Assembly (NCBI GenBank): GCA_043754515.1
Contig: JAYUUO010000115.1
Span: 1-12,805 of the forward strand
Direction: 5' to 3'
Source of the DNA: Armatimonadota bacterium
GTDB lineage: Bacteria > Armatimonadota > Armatimonadia > Armatimonadales > Armatimonadaceae
Length of the DNA: 12,805 nt
The notes beneath the pieces were generated by a model. It was not told where the DNA came from, did not search any database, and saw nothing but the letters and a program-made list of their open reading frames with translations. How positions within the stretch are numbered: position 1 is the first letter of the stretch; each line of letters starts with the position of its first letter. Shown one piece after another: positions 7,411 through 12,805 of this stretch. Made by a program: the position numbers and the translations under genes.

Positions 7411-8105
7411 GCGTATACCCAGTGTACCGCGTCGCCGCACGGCGCGACATCCCCGCCCGCGCTAAACACGTAGAACTGAGCCGTGCCCGTGCCAAAGTCC
7501 GCGACGGCAAAACCAGGCGGCTCCTTGTCCCCGACCAGCGCGCCGGGGTTCAGGATCGTCGTCCCCGCGACCGCGCGACACAGGCGGCAGTGCGTATGCC
7601 CCGCGATCAGGTAACGAATCGAGGACGCGGACGCAATCCGCGTCAGGGCGTCCGCTATGGGCGCGTCCTCGCCCGCCGGATAAATGCCCGCCCTGTCATC
7701 CGCGCCGACGCCGTGGCAGAGGAGCAGCTCACCGCCGGGTGTTTGAAAACGTAACATCGCGGGGAGCGACCGGGCGAACGCCAGCGCGTCCCCGCTCGCG
7801 TCCCACTCGGCGCGGAACATCGCGTAAAGCGTCGGATCGTCCGCGTTCTCCACGAAGTAGCGGTCGTGATTGCCGCGCACCGTCAATACCCCCTCGTCGC
7901 GCAATAGCAGCGCGCATTCGTTCGTGAGCATTGCCGACTCCACGGTTTGCGTGTAGCCCTTCGGCGGCAGATCGCCCGTACAAACCAGCGCGTCCAGCGA
8001 CAAGTCGCGCAGAAACGTCACCGCCGTACGTAACGGCCCCACCTGCCCGTGGACATCGCCGATGATGCCGACGCGGGTGAGCATCGGGAACTGTTCCTCG
8101 CTCAT
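7407..8105 (-). CDS. Calcineurin-like metallophosphoesterase, paralog B; 232 aa
   Basis: Motifs GDVH, GDLPP (atypical), GNHD, HG and GHTH. Strong SD GGAGGAG at 8118-8112. Confidence 0.9.
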   Translation of the reverse strand: MSEEQFPMLTRVGIIGDVHGQVGPLRTAVTFLRDLSLDALVCTGDLPPKGYTQTVESAMLTNECALLLRDEGVLTVRGNHDRYFVENADDPTLYAMFRAEWDASGDALAFARSLPAMLRFQTPGGELLLCHGVGADDRAGIYPAGEDAPIADALTRIASASSIRYLIAGHTHCRLCRAVAGTTILNPGALVGDKEPPGFAVADFGTGTAQFYVFSAGGDVAPCGDAVHWVYA

Positions 8106-8223
8106 TCGTAACTCCTCCGGCTAAAAGTAATAAAACCATCCTAGCACAACCGGGACTTTCGCCCCATGTACAATATCTCACACGGCGATACAGTACGGGA
8201 GAAGGCGAGCGAGGAACATCATT

Positions 8224-8922
8224 TTGAACACGGTTACTGTAGCGCGATGGGTTGGGATTGTCTGTCTGGGGCTGGCGACGGGAGGACTCTTTTTCCTGCA
8301 TCTCATCCCACCGCCTCTCCTGCACGCGACCACCGGCGCGCTGATTCCGTACCGCCCGTGGAACTTCCTCAGCGAGTTCGCGCGCACGGACTACGCGCCG
8401 CTGATAACGACCTGTTTCTTTCTTATGGGCATCGGCACCCTTTCGACCGGCGTCATGCTACGACCGTTCCGCCGCGAGGCGATCCTGCTCGCGCTGGCTG
8501 GTATCGCGCTCCTGCTACTCGGTTGTTTCCCGACCGACCTTTCCGATTTAACGTCGGATGTTCCTACATGCAATTCGCCGGGGCGCATCGAACCATGCAC
8601 CCTTATCGGGCGCATTCACAACCCGCTCTCAACGGTGGTTTTCTTCCCGATCATGCTGGCGGCGTTATCCGCCATCGAGCGGGGTCGGCGCTATCCCCGG
8701 TGGCGCGGCTTCGCCCTGCTCGCCGTAGTCTGCGGCTGTCTCGCGGGGTTCGGGGTGGTGGGCGCGACGGCGTATATGCACTCGATAGGTTGGGAGGGCC
8801 GCTGGTGGACGGGTCTGATGCAGCGCAGTCTGGTATTCCCCGCGTTCCTGTGGATCGGCGGCCTACTCCTCGCCGGGGGCGGTTTGACGAGGAAGGAACC
8901 AGTCGCGGCAGATCGGCGATAA
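8224..8922 (+). CDS. DUF998-like multi-pass membrane protein
   Basis: About 6 hydrophobic segments; N-terminal H...LSEFA, FPTD loop followed by a His, and C-terminal GLMQR. TTG start with GAGGA at 8211-8215. Confidence 0.75.
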   Translation: MNTVTVARWVGIVCLGLATGGLFFLHLIPPPLLHATTGALIPYRPWNFLSEFARTDYAPLITTCFFLMGIGTLSTGVMLRPFRREAILLALAGIALLLLGCFPTDLSDLTSDVPTCNSPGRIEPCTLIGRIHNPLSTVVFFPIMLAALSAIERGRRYPRWRGFALLAVVCGCLAGFGVVGATAYMHSIGWEGRWWTGLMQRSLVFPAFLWIGGLLLAGGGLTRKEPVAADRR

Positions 8923-8952
8923 CCAGGCCCGTTTGTCGCGCGGTTCGGGTCC

Positions 8953-8976
8953 GACCGGGCGCGCTTGCGCCCGGTC
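8953..8976. repeat. Perfect 10-bp GC-rich hairpin
   Basis: GACCGGGCGC-GCTT-GCGCCCGGTC, with no U-tract. Confidence 0.7.
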
Positions 8977-9020
8977 TACGACGTACCCGTCCCTGCTTCT
9001 AACCACGGTGACCAGGCCGG

Positions 9021-9049
9021 TTGACATCGCGCGACAAACTGGGTACGCT
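9021..9049 (+). promoter_or_regulatory. Sigma70-type promoter for a leaderless aldo/keto reductase mRNA
   Basis: TTGACA (9021-9026), 17-bp spacer, TACGCT (9044-9049); 6 nt separate it from ATG 9056, and there is no SD. Confidence 0.7.
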
Positions 9050-9055
9050 CACCCC

Positions 9056-10042
9056 ATGCAATATATTCGACTGGGCAAGACAGGGCTGAAAGTCTCGCGT
9101 ATCTGCCTGGGGTGCATGAGCTACGGCACGCCCGAGCGCGGCTCGCACCCGTGGTCGCTCCCGGAGGAGCAGAGCCGCCCGTTCATCCGGCGGGCACTGG
9201 AACTCGGTATTAATTTTTACGACACGGCGAACGTCTACTCCGACGGCACGAGCGAGGAGATCACCGGGCGCGCCCTGCGTGATTTCGCCAGGCGCGAGGA
9301 GGTCGTGATCGCGACCAAGGTACACGGACGGATGCGGCCCGATGCGAACGGCGCGGGCCTGTCCCGTAAGGCGATCTTCGCGGAGGTTGACGCGAGTTTG
9401 CAACGGCTCGGCACGGACTACGTGGACCTGTACCAAATTCACCGCTTTGACGCCCAAACCCCCATTGAGGAGACGCTGGAAGCACTACACGACGTGGTAA
9501 AGGCGGGAAAAGCGCGCTACATCGGCGCGTCGTCCATGCACGCGTGGCAGTTCTGCAAGGCGTTGTACCTGGCGGATAGGCACGGCTGGACCCGCTTCGT
9601 CTCGATGCAGAACCACTACAACCTCCTGTACCGGGAGGAGGAGCGAGAGATGATGGGCCTGTGTCTGTCGGAGGGGATCGGCGTGATCCCGTGGAGCCCG
9701 CTGGCGCGTGGCCGCCTGGCACGGCCCTGGGAGGAGCGCGAAGACACGGAGCGGGCGGGTAGCGACCCGTTCGGCAAGTCGCTCTACGCGGCGACCGAGG
9801 AGACGGATCGGAAGATCGTGGGGCGTGTCGGCGAGGTCGCCGCCGCGCACGGTGTGCCGATGGCCCAAGTCGCGCTGGCGTGGATGCTCGGCAAGCCCGC
9901 AGTGACATCGCCCATTATCGGCGTGACCAAGCCGCATCATTTGGAAGACGCCGTGTCCGCCCTCGACGTCACGCTGTCGTCAGAGGAGGTCGCGTCGCTC
10001 GAAGCACCGTATGTCCCGCACGCGGTCTCCGGGTTCTCGTAG
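9056..10042 (+). CDS. yajO: Aldo/keto reductase, YajO-like; 328 aa
   Basis: The N-terminus MQYIRLGKTGLKVSRICLGCMSYG...ALRDFARREEVVIATKV closely resembles E. coli YajO as I recall it. Catalytic D/Y (DTANVY), K (IATK) and H (YQIHRFD) are present, as is PWSPLARG. ATG 9056 is preferred to 8933. Confidence 0.92.
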   Translation: MQYIRLGKTGLKVSRICLGCMSYGTPERGSHPWSLPEEQSRPFIRRALELGINFYDTANVYSDGTSEEITGRALRDFARREEVVIATKVHGRMRPDANGAGLSRKAIFAEVDASLQRLGTDYVDLYQIHRFDAQTPIEETLEALHDVVKAGKARYIGASSMHAWQFCKALYLADRHGWTRFVSMQNHYNLLYREEEREMMGLCLSEGIGVIPWSPLARGRLARPWEEREDTERAGSDPFGKSLYAATEETDRKIVGRVGEVAAAHGVPMAQVALAWMLGKPAVTSPIIGVTKPHHLEDAVSALDVTLSSEEVASLEAPYVPHAVSGFS

Positions 10043-10207
10043 GCACCCGAGCACCTGGAACCCCGTCTCGCGGGGGGGTTATGACACCCGTTTCCGCGCG
10101 GAGCCACGCGGGAGAGGCTTGCCCCGCGCGCCCGCGCTAGAATCCTCGCCGGTACGCGGGAACCGTTCGCCGGGTATAACTCCGTACATGCGGATAGTGG
10201 AGTACTT

Positions 10208-11107
10208 ATGGCTAACATTTTAGGCAAGGGTTACGATTTCTGGCGGCAGGTCAAGGAAGTGTCGCCGCGCGGCATTGAGGACGAGGCGAACAGCGGCTTC
10301 AAGATCGCGCTGGTGGGACGACCGGAGGACAGGACGCGCGTCAAAGAAGCGTTCCTGACGGCGACGGCGACTCTGGACGAGCGCGACGAGGCGGGGGCGC
10401 ACCTGCGCGAGTTCGACGACGCGCCGGACGCGGACACGGCGCGCGCGTTCTCGTTCACTGTTTATGTCCCCGAAACCGAATCCGAGGCGATCGGCGCGCG
10501 TGGCGCGAACTCGATCCCGCTCACCGCGCCGGACGTGACGCAACTCGCGAAGGCGATGATCGAGCAACAGCCGCACCTGGCAGTCGCGCTCGGACGCCGC
10601 TTCCCCCTGTTCCGACCGTTCGCCTGTAATCGGATCATTGAGGACGCGAGCCGTATTAACGCGCAGATAGCCGTGATCTCCGCGCTACCGAGTGTCTTCC
10701 CGCCCGCTGCGATCATCCTGCCCGGCACCAGCGTCGCCGATGTGCTACTGCTGACCAAAAACCAGGTGATGATGGTGATGCGACTCGCCGCGACGTACGG
10801 CAAGAAGCCGGCCTACACGAAGCAGATCAAGGAGCTGATGGGCGTGATCGGTGCTGCGCTCGGCTGGCGCACGCTCGCCCGCGAGTTGTCGGGGTTCATC
10901 CCCATTCCCGGCGTCAACCTCGCCGTGAAAGCCGCCATCGCCTACTCCGGCACGGTCGCGGCGGGCCGCTCCGCGATACTCTTCTACCGGAGTGGTCGTA
11001 CCCCGACGCCCAAGGAGGTGCAAGCCGCTTATAAAGAGGCCGAAGTAGAAGGGCGCGAAGCGGCGTCGGACGCGGTGACCGACGCGATCAAGTTGGACGC
11101 GAAGTAG
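10208..11107 (+). CDS. DUF697/YcjF-like protein
   Basis: The C-terminal region ADVLLLTKNQVMMVMRLAATYG...FIPIPG...AAIAYSGTVAAG fits the DUF697 pattern. GGAG at 10199-10202 precedes the ATG. Confidence 0.7.
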   Translation: MANILGKGYDFWRQVKEVSPRGIEDEANSGFKIALVGRPEDRTRVKEAFLTATATLDERDEAGAHLREFDDAPDADTARAFSFTVYVPETESEAIGARGANSIPLTAPDVTQLAKAMIEQQPHLAVALGRRFPLFRPFACNRIIEDASRINAQIAVISALPSVFPPAAIILPGTSVADVLLLTKNQVMMVMRLAATYGKKPAYTKQIKELMGVIGAALGWRTLARELSGFIPIPGVNLAVKAAIAYSGTVAAGRSAILFYRSGRTPTPKEVQAAYKEAEVEGREAASDAVTDAIKLDAK

Positions 11108-11230
11108 GGGGCTGGCCGCGTGGTTGGTGTGGGCGGGGCGCGGGCGTGTTGTTGCTCCCCCTACCCAACCACCCAGATCATCGCCGGACTCCGGGTAGGA
11201 AAACGCGCCAACCTGGTGGAACTGTCCCCC

Positions 11231-12235
11231 ATGAAACTATTAATTCTGGGCGGCACGGTTTTCGTGGGGCGGCATCTGGCGGACGCGGCGTTGCGCCGGG
11301 GCCATTCGGTGACGCTTTTCCACCGGGGCAAACACAACCCCGGTTTGTTCAGCGACTCGGTGGAGACGGTGACCGGTGACCGCACGGACCCCGATGACCT
11401 CGCCCGCCTCGCGGGCGGCCGGACGTGGGACGCGGTGGTGGACACTTGTGGGTATGTGCCGCGAGTCGTGCGGATGGCGGGCGATGCGCTCCGTGATTGT
11501 GTCCGGACCTACTGCTTCGTCTCCACCATCGCCGTATATAGTGACTGGTCCGCGCCGACGCTGACCGAGGGCTCTCCGCTCGCGACGCTCGCCGACGAGA
11601 CGGTCGAGGAGGTGGTCGGCGAGACATACGGCGGGCTGAAGGTGCTGTGCGAGAACGCAATCCGCGAGATATATGGCGCGGCGCGTACCCTGATCACGCG
11701 GCCCGGATTCATCGTGGGGCCGCACGACCCTACCGACCGCTTCACCTACTGGGTGCATCGCGTCGCGGCGGGCGGCGACGTTCTGGCACCCGGCGACCAT
11801 GCCACGTCCGCGCAGTTCATAGACGCCCGCGACCTGTCCGAATGGAACCTGCGCCTGCTGGAGTCCGGCGCGTCTGGGACATTTAACGCGGACGGCTACC
11901 CGGTCACGCTCGGCGAACTACTTCCCCTCTGCCGCGCCGCCGCGGGTCGTACTGAGTCCGACACGCGGTTCGTGTACGTTCCCCAGACGTTCCTCGACGC
12001 GCATGGGCTGACGCCCGGCGTGTCGCTCCCGATCTTCGCGCCCAAAGAGCCGGACGAGGCGGCGATTGTAGACGTTTCCCGCGCCGTGGTGAGCGGCTTG
12101 GCATTCCGCCCACTCGCCGATACCGTCGCGGATACACTCGCCTGGGACCGCATCCGGACCGACGAAGGCTACCTGCGCGCCGTGGCCCGCGACAAAGAGG
12201 CGGCGATTCTAGCGGCGTTCGCGGCGGAGAAATAG
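11231..12235 (+). CDS. NAD-dependent epimerase/dehydratase family (atypical SDR); 334 aa
   Basis: Rossmann start MKLLILGGTVFVG, DAVVDTCGY, YxxxK (YGGLK), RPGFIVGPHD and QFIDARDL. ATG 11231 is preferred to 11120. Confidence 0.9.
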   Translation: MKLLILGGTVFVGRHLADAALRRGHSVTLFHRGKHNPGLFSDSVETVTGDRTDPDDLARLAGGRTWDAVVDTCGYVPRVVRMAGDALRDCVRTYCFVSTIAVYSDWSAPTLTEGSPLATLADETVEEVVGETYGGLKVLCENAIREIYGAARTLITRPGFIVGPHDPTDRFTYWVHRVAAGGDVLAPGDHATSAQFIDARDLSEWNLRLLESGASGTFNADGYPVTLGELLPLCRAAAGRTESDTRFVYVPQTFLDAHGLTPGVSLPIFAPKEPDEAAIVDVSRAVVSGLAFRPLADTVADTLAWDRIRTDEGYLRAVARDKEAAILAAFAAEK

Positions 12236-12258
12236 GCCGTAACACGGCGTTTTTCTTT
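12236..12258 (+). terminator. Weak intrinsic terminator candidate
   Basis: GCCGT-AAC-ACGGC followed by GTTTTTCTTT immediately after the SDR stop; the stem is only 5 bp. Confidence 0.35.
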
Positions 12259-12285
12259 GCGTTCTGGACGCCACGGCGGTATAAT
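12257..12285 (+). promoter_or_regulatory. Sigma70-type promoter for the SP-lyase-family gene
   Basis: TTGCGT (12257-12262), 17-bp spacer, perfect TATAAT (12280-12285). Confidence 0.75.
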
Positions 12286-12320
12286 GTATGTGCTACACTT
12301 AGAAAGTTAGGAATCATCCG

Positions 12321-12805
12321 ATGGCTTTACAACTCGCCATGCTGGAGACGCCGCCTGCCGGTGACGCCTTCGCGGTACCCGCTCCCGAAGCACCATCTCT
12401 CCCAACCGACACGCACCACCTGTGGACGCCGCGCCGCGTGGTGTTCACGCCCGACGCGCTCGCCGAGCCGTGGGGCCAGCACATACTCGCCCGCGTCTCC
12501 GCCTTGGGTCTCCCGGTCGAGACCCTCAAGTCGAACCGCCTGACCGATCTGCGCGGTGCTGACGAACGCGATACGTACCGCCGCGCGAAGCAGACACTCG
12601 CTATCGTCAACGCGCCCTCGTCGCAGTTCGATCTGCCGCCCATCCCGCCGAGCGCGGACTACCAGTTCCACCTCGCGCAGGGTTGCCCCGCGCACTGCCA
12701 GTACTGCTACCTCGCTGGGAGCCTGTCGGGACCGCCCGTTGTCCGCGCGTATGCCAACCTGCCGCGGATTCACGCCAACCTTTCGCGCTACGCGGGCGCG
12801 GACGG
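12321..12805 (+). CDS. splB: Spore photoproduct lyase family radical SAM protein (3' end outside the window)
   Basis: Hand translation from ATG 12321 is open to the window end: ...TYRRAKQTLAIV...IPPSADYQFHLAQGCPAHCQYCYLAGSL...VRAYANL. CxxxCxxC lies at 12684-12707. AGGA at 12309-12312. Confidence 0.88.
   Translation, partial: MALQLAMLETPPAGDAFAVPAPEAPSLPTDTHHLWTPRRVVFTPDALAEPWGQHILARVSALGLPVETLKSNRLTDLRGADERDTYRRAKQTLAIVNAPSSQFDLPPIPPSADYQFHLAQGCPAHCQYCYLAGSLSGPPVVRAYANLPRIHANLSRYAGAD

Noticed and set aside
8138..8174. Divergent -10-like hexamers TAGGAT (minus) and TACAAT (plus)
   Set aside because: Plausible, but no supporting -35 boxes; left uncalled.
8166..9002. Long alternative-frame and antisense ORFs (e.g. 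8166-9002, 1039-1707, 4462-5109, 7729-8325, 9261-9908, 12327-12773)
   Set aside because: They overlap well-supported genes and carry no recognisable motifs; shadow ORFs of this kind are expected in high-GC DNA.
8933..9055. ORF-track N-terminal extensions of the AKR (from 8933), SDR (from 11120) and phosphoesterase A (from 7440)
   Set aside because: Family-typical N-termini begin at 9056, 11231 and 7410; the extensions cross promoter, hairpin or upstream coding sequence.
10059..10180. Hairpin AACCCC...GGGGTT and -10-like TAGAAT/TATAAC between the AKR and DUF697 genes
   Set aside because: No U-tract follows the hairpin and no properly spaced -35 exists, so both are too weak to call.
1..12805. 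CRISPR arrays, tRNA/rRNA genes, IS elements, integrases, known defence systems
   Set aside because: No regularly spaced repeats, RNA-gene signatures or matching protein motifs were seen.

Overview
GC-rich bacterial window with 13 protein-coding loci and no RNA genes, CRISPR array, transposase or integrase. In order: a secreted Ig-like/Pro-Ala-linker/copper-amine-oxidase-N (stalk) protein; a membrane-bound HD-GYP phosphodiesterase; a convergent PhyH-family dioxygenase divergent from an AraC regulator; a small secreted hypothetical protein; a minus-strand cluster of two paralogous metallophosphoesterases plus a DUF4291-like gene broken by an in-frame TAG; a DUF998-like membrane protein; a YajO-like aldo/keto reductase; a DUF697/YcjF-like protein; an atypical SDR; and the 5' part of a spore-photoproduct-lyase-family radical SAM gene that the ORF track lacks because it runs off the window. 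All family calls come from motifs recognised by eye, not from database searches. I cannot demonstrate a new biological system. The best leads are the metallophosphoesterase-pair/DUF4291 cassette with its amber codon, two symmetric bidirectional promoter arrangements, and apparently leaderless genes.
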